In this document: in pieces, positions 24,668 through 32,000 of the stretch
Numbering within the stretch: the stretch's first letter is position 1
Layout: each line of letters opens with the position of its first letter
Origin: Clostridia bacterium
GTDB lineage: Bacteria; Bacillota; Clostridia; RUG12999
DNA: 32,000 nucleotides
NCBI GenBank assembly: GCA_045534775.1
Contig: JAZSKI010000024.1
Coordinates: 17,066 to 49,065, forward strand
Direction: 5' to 3'
Program-made: the position numbers and the translations under genes
The notes under the pieces: model-generated
What the model was told of the DNA's origin: nothing
Seen by the model: only the letters and a program-made list of their open reading frames with translations
Database searches by the model: none

Positions 24668-26580
24668 TATTTCAGCCCTCTCTGTTCCATATAAATCAGC
24701 AGTACTGCTATATCCGAGGGAGATACTCCCGATACTCTCGAAGCCTGTCCGAGAGATACGGGTTTTATTGCCGCCAGCTTCTGTCTTGCTTCAAGGCGAA
24801 GCCCGTCCATGGACATATAATCCGTATCAGGCGGCAGTTTTTTATTTTCAAGACGTTTCATCTGCTCTACCTGAGCATACTGGCGTTTAATATATCCGTC
24901 ATATTTCAGTCGGATTTCCACCTGCTCGCAGACTTCCTTATCAAGCCTTGGCATATCTATGAGTCTTGACAAATCATCATAGCTCAACTCGGGGCGTTTT
25001 ACAAAATCCTCTGCACGCATACCCGTTTTAACAGTCGTACTACCCTTTTCCTCAAGTAAAGAATTAAGCTTTTCGTTAGGTGACAGCACTATCTTATGAA
25101 GTCTCTCCAGCTCCTGTGCTATCTGCCGCTGTTTTTCCAAAAAGCGTGCGTAGCGTTCATCGTCTATAAGTCCGATTTCGTGACCTGTTTCCGTCAATCT
25201 CTCATCGGCATTATCCTGTCTTAAAATAAGCCTGTATTCACTTCTTGAGGTCATCATACGGTACGGCTCTTTAGTGCCCTTTGTCACCAAATCATCTATC
25301 AATGTCCCGATATACGCCCGGCTTCTGTCAAGGATAACAGGGGGCTGACCCTTTATTTTCCTTGCGGCATTTATTCCCGACATAAGACCCTGCGCCGCCG
25401 CTTCCTCATAGCCCGAGGTGCCGTTAAACTGACCTGCTCCGTACAGTCCCGGATAATCCTTATATTCAAGAGATGCAAACATCTGCGTAGGGTCGCCGCA
25501 GTCATATTCTATGGCATAAGCCGCTCTCATCATAACCACATTCTCAAGCCCCGACATGCTGTGCATAATTTCCATCTGTACCTCCTCGGGAAGGCTTGAG
25601 CTAAGACCCTGAACATACATTTCTTCCGTAGTCATTCCCATAGGTTCAATGAAAATCTGATGTCTGTCCTTATCGGAAAATCTTACCACCTTATCCTCGA
25701 TTGAGGGGCAATATCTCGGTCCGACGCCTTCAATCATACCCGCGTAAAGAGGCGAACGGTGAAGGTTACTTCTGATTATATTATGGGTATTTTCATTTGT
25801 ATAGGTAAGATAGCAGGATACTTTGTTTTCGAGCCCTTCCTGCGGAGTTTCAAAAGAAAAGGGTACTATTTCGTCATCGCCCGTCTGCTCTTCCATTTTT
25901 GTAAAATCCACAGAGGCCCTTTTTACCCTTGCAGGTGTACCCGTTTTAAATCTCATAAGGCGGATGCCTTTTTCTTTGAGACACTGCGACAGACAGTTGG
26001 ACGGGAACATCCCGTCGGGACCACCGCTGTAATCAACCTCGCCTATTATAATCCTGCCTTTAAGATAAGTACCCGTTGCGATAATTGCCGCTTTGCAGGT
26101 ATAAACACCGCCCGTATGGCTGACAACTCCACGGACGCTGTTATCGTCATTAAAAAGAATTTCCACAATCTCCGCCTGACGGATTTCCAGATTATCCTCC
26201 AGCTCCAGGCGATGTTTCATTTCTTCCGTATATTTTCTTCTGTCAATCTGCGCCCGAAGTGAATGCATAGCAGGACCTTTGCCACGGTTCAACATTCTTG
26301 ACTGAATAAAGGTTTTATCGGCAACCTTACCCATCTCGCCGCCCAAAGCATCAATTTCTCTTACCAGATGCCCCTTTGCCGTACCGCCTATATTGGGGTT
26401 GCAGGGCATATTTGCAACGCTGTCAAGATTAATGGCAAACATTACGGTTTTGCATCCCAGCCTCGCCGCCGCAAGGGCCGCCTCGCAGCCCGCGTGACCG
26501 CCGCCGATTACGGCTACATCTATAGTTCCCGCATCAAACCTCGGAACATTATTGGTTATTTCTTTCATTGTCATCAACAT
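24667..26580 (-). CDS. mnmG: tRNA uridine-5-carboxymethylaminomethyl synthesis enzyme MnmG (GidA)
   Basis: 637 aa. N-terminal FAD motif [21 protein letters not shown], and a GidA-associated C-terminal domain. Three closely spaced ATGs at the N-terminus leave the exact start unresolved. Confidence 0.96.
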   Translation of the reverse strand: MLMTMKEITNNVPRFDAGTIDVAVIGGGHAGCEAALAAARLGCKTVMFAINLDSVANMPCNPNIGGTAKGHLVREIDALGGEMGKVADKTFIQSRMLNRGKGPAMHSLRAQIDRRKYTEEMKHRLELEDNLEIRQAEIVEILFNDDNSVRGVVSHTGGVYTCKAAIIATGTYLKGRIIIGEVDYSGGPDGMFPSNCLSQCLKEKGIRLMRFKTGTPARVKRASVDFTKMEEQTGDDEIVPFSFETPQEGLENKVSCYLTYTNENTHNIIRSNLHRSPLYAGMIEGVGPRYCPSIEDKVVRFSDKDRHQIFIEPMGMTTEEMYVQGLSSSLPEEVQMEIMHSMSGLENVVMMRAAYAIEYDCGDPTQMFASLEYKDYPGLYGAGQFNGTSGYEEAAAQGLMSGINAARKIKGQPPVILDRSRAYIGTLIDDLVTKGTKEPYRMMTSRSEYRLILRQDNADERLTETGHEIGLIDDERYARFLEKQRQIAQELERLHKIVLSPNEKLNSLLEEKGSTTVKTGMRAEDFVKRPELSYDDLSRLIDMPRLDKEVCEQVEIRLKYDGYIKRQYAQVEQMKRLENKKLPPDTDYMSMDGLRLEARQKLAAIKPVSLGQASRVSGVSPSDIAVLLIYMEQRGLK

Positions 26581-26617
26581 CCGATTTCAAATATTAAAAA
26601 TTTACATACTTAAATTC

Positions 26618-26646
26618 ATTATATCACAAACTGCCAAAAAAATCAA
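26618..26646 (-). promoter_or_regulatory. Sigma-A promoter upstream of mnmG
   Basis: On the minus strand, TTGATT (26646-41), a 17-nt spacer, then TATAAT (26623-18) with an extended -10 TG, about 35 nt upstream of the mnmG ATG. Confidence 0.55.
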
Positions 26647-26713
26647 TAGTTTTGATAAAGTTTTCTTTTTTATTTCGTAAAGCAATTCCTTTAAAGAAAA
26701 GGCGGGACAGCGG

Positions 26714-26745
26714 ACAAAAAAAGGAAGCTCCGCGGAGCTTCCTTT
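26714..26745 (-). terminator. Intrinsic terminator of gdhA
   Basis: Perfect 20-nt palindrome GGAAGCTCCGCGGAGCTTCC (26723-42). On the minus strand it is followed by U7 (complement of A-run 26716-22). It lies 15 nt after the gdhA stop. Confidence 0.8.
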
Positions 26746-26757
26746 CAATTATTTTTA

Positions 26758-28113
26758 TTATACAATACCCTGAGCCATCATAGCGTTTGCTACTTTTTTG
26801 AAGCCTGCGATATTTGCGCCTGCTACCAGGTCATAGCCCAGACCGTTTTCTTCAGCCGCTTCTACGGAAACCTTATGGATATTAACCATAATGGATTTCA
26901 GCTTCGCATCAACCTCTTCGGCTGTCCAAGCGTATCTCATAGAGTTCTGAGCCATTTCAAGAGCAGAAACAGCAACGCCGCCTGCGTTAACAGCCTTTGA
27001 AGGACCAACGATAATGCCCTTGGATTTAAGGAGAGCTACAGCCTCGTTTGTAGTAGGCATATTAGCAACCTCAATATAATATTTTACGCCGTTTGCGATA
27101 ATCTTTTCAGCTTCTGCAACGTCGATTTCGTTCTGAGTTGCACAGGGCATACAAATATCAACCTTTACGCCCCAGGGTTTCTGACCTGCGAAAAATTCGC
27201 AACCGAATTTATCTGCATAATCCTGAGCGCGGTCACGACCTGATGCACGCATTTCAAGAAGATAATCAAATTTTTCTTTTGTTGTAACACCTTCGGGGTC
27301 GTAAACATAACCGTCGGGACCTGAAATTGTAACAACCTTACCGCCAAGCTCTGCAACCTTCATGGTTACGCCCCATGCCACGTTACCAAAGCCTGAAACT
27401 GCAACAGTTTTACCCTTTAAGGTATCGCCCATATGTTTAAGAACCTCGTCTGCATAGTATGTAGCACCAAAGCCTGTAGCTTCGGGTCTTATGAGAGAAC
27501 CGCCGTATTCAAGACCTTTACCTGTAAGTACGCCGTTTTCCCAGCAACCTTTGATTCTCTTATACTGACCGTAGAGGTAACCGATTTCTCTGCCGCCTAC
27601 GCCGATATCACCTGCGGGAACGTCAACATCAGGACCGATATGTCTGTAAAGCTCTGTCATAAACGCCTGACAGAATCTCATAATTTCGCCGTCACTCTTA
27701 CCTCTGGGGTCAAAATCGGAACCGCCCTTGCCGCCGCCGATAGGCAGACCTGTAAGGCTGTTTTTAAAGGTCTGCTCAAAGCCTAAGAATTTAATTACGC
27801 TGGAGCAAACTGTGGGATGGAATCTGAGACCGCCCTTGTAAGGACCTATCGCACTGTTGAACTGTACACGGAAACCCCGGTTAACCTGCACCTTGCCTGC
27901 ATCGTCTACCCAGGAAATACGGAATGTTATCATTCTTTCGGGTTCAACAATTCTTTCCATAAGACCTGCCGCCTCATATTCGGGGTGTTTTTCAATTACG
28001 GGTTCAAGAGATTCAAAAACCTCTGTAACCGTCTGTAAGAATTCTTTTTCGCCGGCGTTACGCTTTTCAACGTCAGCATAAACTCTTTTTAAATATTCAT
28101 TTTTAATTGCCAT
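26758..28113 (-). CDS. gdhA: NADP-specific glutamate dehydrogenase
   Basis: 451 aa. Glu/Leu/Phe/Val dehydrogenase signature LPIGGGKGGSDFDP and dinucleotide fold GFGNVAW. AGGAGG RBS. Confidence 0.96.
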   Translation of the reverse strand: MAIKNEYLKRVYADVEKRNAGEKEFLQTVTEVFESLEPVIEKHPEYEAAGLMERIVEPERMITFRISWVDDAGKVQVNRGFRVQFNSAIGPYKGGLRFHPTVCSSVIKFLGFEQTFKNSLTGLPIGGGKGGSDFDPRGKSDGEIMRFCQAFMTELYRHIGPDVDVPAGDIGVGGREIGYLYGQYKRIKGCWENGVLTGKGLEYGGSLIRPEATGFGATYYADEVLKHMGDTLKGKTVAVSGFGNVAWGVTMKVAELGGKVVTISGPDGYVYDPEGVTTKEKFDYLLEMRASGRDRAQDYADKFGCEFFAGQKPWGVKVDICMPCATQNEIDVAEAEKIIANGVKYYIEVANMPTTNEAVALLKSKGIIVGPSKAVNAGGVAVSALEMAQNSMRYAWTAEEVDAKLKSIMVNIHKVSVEAAEENGLGYDLVAGANIAGFKKVANAMMAQGIV

Positions 28114-28155
28114 TTTTATTACCTCCTAAATTAATTTTTGTACCACAACGTTATA

Positions 28156-28184
28156 ATTATATCATAAAATTGCACACTATGCAA
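28156..28184 (-). promoter_or_regulatory. Sigma-A promoter of gdhA with a palindrome over the -35 box
   Basis: On the minus strand, TTGCAT (28184-79), a 17-nt spacer, then TATAAT (28161-56) with an extended -10 TG. The inverted repeat ATTGCA (28169-74) / TGCAAT (28180-85) overlaps the -35 box. Confidence 0.5.
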
Positions 28185-28254
28185 TATATTTTTTAACATT
28201 TTTTTACTTTTTTTTGCAAAAGTAGTTCTGAAAAATGTATTTTTTCTGTGGTGG

Positions 28255-29118
28255 TTATTCGGTTATCATAGTACCCACGCCGGCATCGGTGAATATTTCA
28301 AGCAAAATACAATGAGGCACTCTGCCGTCTATAATATGAACCCTTTTAACACCATGCTCGATAGCTTCAACGCAGCCTCTTGTTTTAGGTATCATACCGC
28401 CGGCTATGGTCCCGTCAGCTACCTTTTGCTCAACCTCACGGCAGGTCATAGAGAGGATTATGTTTTTGTCTTTATCCAAAATACCTTCAATATCCGTCAG
28501 CATAACCAGCTTTTCCGCCTTCATTGCACTTGCTACGCTACCTGCCACCGTATCGGCGTTGATGTTATAGCTCTGCCCCTCATCATCAATACCTATAGGT
28601 GCTATAACGGGTATATAATCGCCTGTTGCCAGAATATCGAGAGCTTTGGAATTAATTGAAATTATATCGCCTACATAACCTATATCTATCTCGTTACCAT
28701 CGGCATCCTGCGTCATTTTTTTACATTTTATAATATTCCCGTCAATACCGCAGATACCTATACCGTAGCCGCCGTGTTTGTTTATCAGGGCAACTATTTC
28801 CTTGTTTGTCTTACCCACCAGTACCATCTGTGCAATCTTGACAGTTTCCTCGTCGGTTACACGAAGACCGTTTATGAATTTACTTTCAATATTATACTGT
28901 TTAAGTGCACCGGAAATATCAGGACCGCCGCCGTGTACCAGAATTGGGTTCGCACCTACGTATTTCAGAAGAATTATATCCTCCATAACCGTATTTCTCA
29001 GCTCGTCGCTTATCATAGCGTTACCGCCGTATTTAATTACGATGGTTTTCCCTCTCAGCTTCTGTATATAAGGCAGTGCTTCCGTCAGCACCTCCGCCTT
29101 TTTAATTAAATGCTCCAT
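28255..29118 (-). CDS. argB: Acetylglutamate kinase
   Basis: The ORF track extends to 29172. I prefer ATG 29118 ([11 protein letters not shown]...) with AGGAGG 6 nt upstream. Amino-acid kinase family motifs [15 protein letters not shown] and NINAD. Confidence 0.95.
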   Translation of the reverse strand: MEHLIKKAEVLTEALPYIQKLRGKTIVIKYGGNAMISDELRNTVMEDIILLKYVGANPILVHGGGPDISGALKQYNIESKFINGLRVTDEETVKIAQMVLVGKTNKEIVALINKHGGYGIGICGIDGNIIKCKKMTQDADGNEIDIGYVGDIISINSKALDILATGDYIPVIAPIGIDDEGQSYNINADTVAGSVASAMKAEKLVMLTDIEGILDKDKNIILSMTCREVEQKVADGTIAGGMIPKTRGCVEAIEHGVKRVHIIDGRVPHCILLEIFTDAGVGTMITE

Positions 29119-29128
29119 TTTCTGCCTC

Positions 29129-30172
29129 CTACATATAATATCCAACCCGTTCAAGACCCGTATTTTCGGCAAGTCCGAACATAATATTTAAGTTTTGCAC
29201 AGCCTGACCTGCCGCGCCCTTGATTAAATTATCTATACAGGAAATTACTACGGCGCGGTTAAGTCGTTTGTCTACGCTTACGCCTATATCCACGAAATTC
29301 GAGCCTGTCACATAATGACTCTCAGGGAGTGTTCCTTCGTATACCCGCACAAATTGCTCATCTTTATAAAATTCTTTGTAAACCGCCGTCAGCTCTTCTG
29401 CAGATTTATATTCCTTCAGATTAGCATAGCAGGTAGCAAATATTCCGCGTTTCATAGGTACAAGATGAGGTGTAAAGGAAAGTACAATCTTCTCGCCCGA
29501 TACATTTGAAAGCTCCTGCTCAATTTCCGAGGTATGGCGGTGAGTTGCTATTTTATATGCCTTCATAGTGTCTGCACATTCGCAGAAATGATAGGCAGCA
29601 GCCAGCCCTCTGCCTGCACCCGTCACTCCCGATTTTGCATCTATTATGATATTTTTCGTCTCGCAAAGACCCTTTGCCAGAAGGGGCGCAAGACCGAGAA
29701 TTGAACAGGTGGTGTAACATCCGGGGTTACCTATTATATTTGTGGTTTTGATTTTTTCTCTGTGAAGCTCAGGCAGTCCGTAAACTGCTTTTTCAAGAAT
29801 TTCAGGTGCGGGATGGCTGTCGCCGTACCACTCCTCATAGACCTTCACGTCATCATACCGAAAATCCCCGCTGAGGTCAATTATTCTAAGTCCCGCATTA
29901 TATAAATCCGGAATTACCTCTTTAGATGCCCCGTGAGGTAGTGCCGTAAATACCACATCACATTTTTCCTTTGCCATCGCCACATCAAGACCGCTGCATT
30001 CCATATCAAACACACATCTCAGATGAGGATAAACCTCGGAAATTTTCTTTCCTACATAGCTGTTCGATACTATATATGTAATTTCAGTCTCAGGATGGGA
30101 CAGCAGCAGCCTCACCAGCTCTATTCCGGCATAGCCCGTAGCCCCTAAAATGCCCACGCGGATTTTACTCAT
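29129..30172 (-). CDS. argC: N-acetyl-gamma-glutamyl-phosphate reductase
   Basis: 347 aa. N-terminal GATGYAG NAD(P) motif and catalytic Cys in GNPGCYTT. Confidence 0.95.
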   Translation of the reverse strand: MSKIRVGILGATGYAGIELVRLLLSHPETEITYIVSNSYVGKKISEVYPHLRCVFDMECSGLDVAMAKEKCDVVFTALPHGASKEVIPDLYNAGLRIIDLSGDFRYDDVKVYEEWYGDSHPAPEILEKAVYGLPELHREKIKTTNIIGNPGCYTTCSILGLAPLLAKGLCETKNIIIDAKSGVTGAGRGLAAAYHFCECADTMKAYKIATHRHTSEIEQELSNVSGEKIVLSFTPHLVPMKRGIFATCYANLKEYKSAEELTAVYKEFYKDEQFVRVYEGTLPESHYVTGSNFVDIGVSVDKRLNRAVVISCIDNLIKGAAGQAVQNLNIMFGLAENTGLERVGYYM

Positions 30173-30194
30173 TTATATCATAACCTTTCAAATT

Positions 30195-30240
30195 TGTATT
30201 ATTATACATTTATAATAGCATATCATTAATAAAAATTCAA
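30195..30240 (-). promoter_or_regulatory. Putative argC promoter with an ARG-box-like palindrome
   Basis: On the minus strand, TTGAAT (30240-35), a 17-nt spacer, then TATTAT (30217-12). Just downstream is the AT-rich palindrome TGTATTATTATACA (30195-30208), loosely like the ArgR/AhrC box TGAAT-wwww-ATTCA. Confidence 0.3.
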
Positions 30241-30258
30241 GTGACTTTTTTAATAAAA

Positions 30259-30331
30259 TTGCGAATTTTGACGATAAAATTTTCACTATTTTCCATAAAT
30301 AAAAGAAGGTATTTACATTTTTTAACAGAAT
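30259..30331 (+). promoter_or_regulatory. Sigma-H-like spoIIA promoter with two near-consensus Spo0A boxes
   Basis: AGGTATT (30307-13), 13 nt, then AGAAT (30327-31) fits the sigma-H pattern AGGAwwT-12/14-RGAAT. TTGCGAA (30259-65) and TGACGAT (30269-75) each match the 0A box TGNCGAA at 6 of 7 positions. Confidence 0.4.
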
Positions 30332-30398
30332 ATATATTTATTGGAAAATAGCAGAGAAGGAATTGTTTATGACTTATTGCAAAAGAAGGGAGAAATTT

Positions 30399-30716
30399 AT
30401 GTTGAATTTACAAATTTCAAGAAAACAAGATAAGCTTATTGTCGGAATTAAAGGAGAAATTGACCATCACAATTCATCTGTTATCCGCCAGAGCGTTGAT
30501 ATAGAAATCAAAAGCGGCGGTATCAGACATCTGGTGTTTGATTTTTCCGCACTTGAGTTTATGGATAGCTCGGGAATCGGAATTCTTATGGGAAGGTATA
30601 AGCTGATGGAGGCTTTAGGCGGCAGAGTCACCGTAAGAGGCGCCTGCACTTCTATTGATAAAATTCTACGGTTATCGGGGCTTGAAAAAATAATCAATAT
30701 TGAAAAAACTGCGTAA
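30399..30716 (+). CDS. spoIIAA: Anti-sigma F factor antagonist SpoIIAA (STAS domain)
   Basis: The ORF track starts at TTG 30363. I prefer ATG 30399 (MLNLQISRKQDKL...) with AAGGGAG 6 nt upstream. STAS fold with the phosphorylatable serine motif FMDSSGIG. It is followed by spoIIAB and sigF. Confidence 0.92.
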   Translation: MLNLQISRKQDKLIVGIKGEIDHHNSSVIRQSVDIEIKSGGIRHLVFDFSALEFMDSSGIGILMGRYKLMEALGGRVTVRGACTSIDKILRLSGLEKIINIEKTA

Positions 30717-30736
30717 ACACGGAAGGAGATTTTTAT

Positions 30737-31192
30737 ATGAACACAACAAATAAAGACAGAATGAAACTGGAATTCCCCGCAGATTCCGTCTATGAATCTT
30801 TCGCAAGGGTTGCGGTAGTATCATTTATTTCAAGGCTTGACCCCACCATAGCCGAAATAAGCGAAATCAAAACTGCCGTATCGGAGGGTGTGACCAACTG
30901 TATTATTCACGGCTACGGTGAAAAGGGCGGCACTATTTACATAGAATGTGAAACAGAAAATAATTCTCTCAGAATTACAATTTCCGATACAGGATGCGGA
31001 ATCAAGGATATAGCGCAGGCACGAACACCTCTTTTTACCACAAATCCCGATGGTGAGCGATCCGGTATGGGCTTTACCGTAATGGAAACCTTTATGGATT
31101 CGGTGGAGGTAAGCTCCCTGCCCGGTGCAGGAACCCGCGTTATAATGACGAAAACCATCGCCTCGGCAGAGGAAGGTGCTAAGTGTGGGTAA
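30737..31192 (+). CDS. spoIIAB: Anti-sigma F factor SpoIIAB (serine protein kinase)
   Basis: 151 aa. GHKL ATPase motifs E..TNCIIHGY, DTGCGI, GMGF. GGAG RBS. Confidence 0.93.
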   Translation: MNTTNKDRMKLEFPADSVYESFARVAVVSFISRLDPTIAEISEIKTAVSEGVTNCIIHGYGEKGGTIYIECETENNSLRITISDTGCGIKDIAQARTPLFTTNPDGERSGMGFTVMETFMDSVEVSSLPGAGTRVIMTKTIASAEEGAKCG

Positions 31193-31895
31193 AGATATTT
31201 TTGCCTTGATAAAAGAAGGACAGTCAGGAGATAAATCGGCTCTTGAGGAAATTATTGTCTTGAATGAAGGCCTAGTATGGAGTATAGTCAAACGGTTTTC
31301 AGGCAGATTTTGCGAAACCGAGGATTTGTATCAGATAGGCTGTATCGGACTGATAAAAGCGGTACAAAAATTTGATTTTTCAAAAAATGTTATGTTTTCA
31401 ACCTACGCCGTTCCTATGATAATGGGCGAAATCCGCAAATTTCTTCGTGATGACGGCAGTATCAAGGTCAGCCGCAGTCTGAAAGAGCTTGCCGTCAGAG
31501 CAAGATATATTTCCGATAAAATAACCGCCGATAAAGGCTCACCGCCTACCCTTTCCGTGTTGGCAAAGGAGCTTGACGTATCTGAGGAAAATCTCTCACA
31601 GGCTTTATCCGCCTCCGCCTGCCCGCTGTCAATATATCAGCCCATAAGCGAGGACGGCGACATTACTGTTATAGATACCATAAACGACGAAGATAATTAC
31701 GAGCTTATTATAGACAAGCTCACCCTCCGCGATGCAACCGCCGAGCTTCCCCACAGAGAGCAAAAGCTGTTGTATATGCGATATTACCGCAACCAGACCC
31801 AGTCCGAGGTAGCAAAACAACTCGGCATCTCTCAGGTACAGGTTTCGAGAATAGAGAAAAAAGTTATTGAAAAATTAAAAAAAGAAATTGTATAA
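31185..31895 (+). CDS. sigF: Sporulation sigma factor SigF
   Basis: Sigma-70 family regions 2-4 (LVWSIVKRF, DLYQIGCIGLIKAVQKFD, STYAVPMIMGEIRKFLRDDG, QSEVAKQLGISQVQVSRIEKK). The ORF track starts at GTG 31176. GTG 31185 has GGAAGG 8 nt upstream and overlaps the spoIIAB stop. Confidence 0.93.
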   Translation: MGKDIFALIKEGQSGDKSALEEIIVLNEGLVWSIVKRFSGRFCETEDLYQIGCIGLIKAVQKFDFSKNVMFSTYAVPMIMGEIRKFLRDDGSIKVSRSLKELAVRARYISDKITADKGSPPTLSVLAKELDVSEENLSQALSASACPLSIYQPISEDGDITVIDTINDEDNYELIIDKLTLRDATAELPHREQKLLYMRYYRNQTQSEVAKQLGISQVQVSRIEKKVIEKLKKEIV

Positions 31896-31912
31896 ATTTT
31901 TTCCAAAACCCC

Positions 31913-31941
31913 TTGACAAACCGCAAAAAAGATGATATAAT
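31913..31941 (+). promoter_or_regulatory. Consensus sigma-A promoter for the tRNA gene(s)
   Basis: TTGACA (31913-18), a 17-nt spacer, then TATAAT (31936-41) with an extended -10 TG (31933-34), 19 nt upstream of the tRNA 5' end. Confidence 0.65.
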
Positions 31942-31959
31942 GTACAGGTCAGTCAATAT

Positions 31960-32000
31960 AGGGGTATAGCTCAGTTGGTAGAGCAGTGGTCTCCAAAACC
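31960..32000 (+). tRNA. trnW: tRNA-Trp (anticodon CCA), 5' part, truncated by the window end
   Basis: AGGGGTA (acceptor), TA, GCTC-AGTTGGTA-GAGC (D arm), A, GTGGT stem, loop CT-CCA-AA, then ACC... The anticodon CCA sits in a canonical 7-nt loop. Confidence 0.85.

Noticed and set aside
3412-26262. Long ORFs antisense to recognised genes: 3412..3894, 5811..6263, 8139..8543, 10907..11341, 13568..14119, 16159..16602, 22377..22853, 23425..23874, 25759..26262 and the many 60-120 aa ones.
   Set aside because: Each lies wholly or largely opposite a CDS with unmistakable family motifs. They lack Shine-Dalgarno sites, have odd low-complexity or Cys/Arg/Phe-rich composition, and often use non-ATG starts. 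These are typical shadow ORFs.
1-32000. Frequency of non-ATG starts: TTG for lemA, hisS, typA and the SDR; GTG for aspS, the membrane protein and sigF.
   Set aside because: About 7 of 29 genes is in the normal range for Firmicutes, and each has a good SD, so this is not anomalous.
1-32000. A scan for CRISPR repeats, IS elements or transposases, integrases, toxin-antitoxin pairs, restriction-modification or other defence genes, and rRNA.
   Set aside because: None was found. Every ORF longer than 150 aa is accounted for by housekeeping or envelope families, and no spaced direct-repeat array is visible.

Overview
A 32-kb chromosomal window from a low-GC, endospore-forming Firmicute. It looks Clostridia-like because spoIIAA-spoIIAB-sigF is present, Shine-Dalgarno sites are strong, and TTG/GTG starts are common. 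The content is almost entirely housekeeping and tightly packed, and about 90% of coding sequence is on the minus strand. One minus-strand array (193..12754) runs typA, phosphoglucomutase, hisS, aspS, a four-gene ABC-2/GldG/DUF4340 module, LemA and a TPM-domain protein. A second minus-strand array (18165..26580) runs mnmG, rsmG, dgkA, era, an aminotransferase, trpS, tagO and wecB. Also present are gdhA, argC-argB, an SDR, a secreted protein with a copper-amine-oxidase-like stalk domain, and a small membrane protein. On the plus strand are a monocistronic DAHP synthase (aroF type), the spoIIA operon, and the 5' part of tRNA-Trp(CCA). I saw no CRISPR array, transposase, integrase, prophage or recognisable defence genes. 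The unexplained signal sits in the two large non-coding gaps. (1) 12755..13519 holds two back-to-back consensus sigma-A promoters. One drives a leader upstream of aroF that contains an aromatic-rich mini-ORF (FYYFPSFYYFRAWAF) followed by an intrinsic terminator, so it is a candidate ribosome-mediated Phe/Tyr/Trp attenuator. The other drives an orphan, hairpin-rich minus-strand transcript that ends at a terminator just upstream of the typA promoter. (2) 14537..15449 holds a chain of hairpins, some mutually exclusive, plus a truncated glycosidase gene remnant. All calls come from reading the sequence and ORF translations; no database search or folding program was run.
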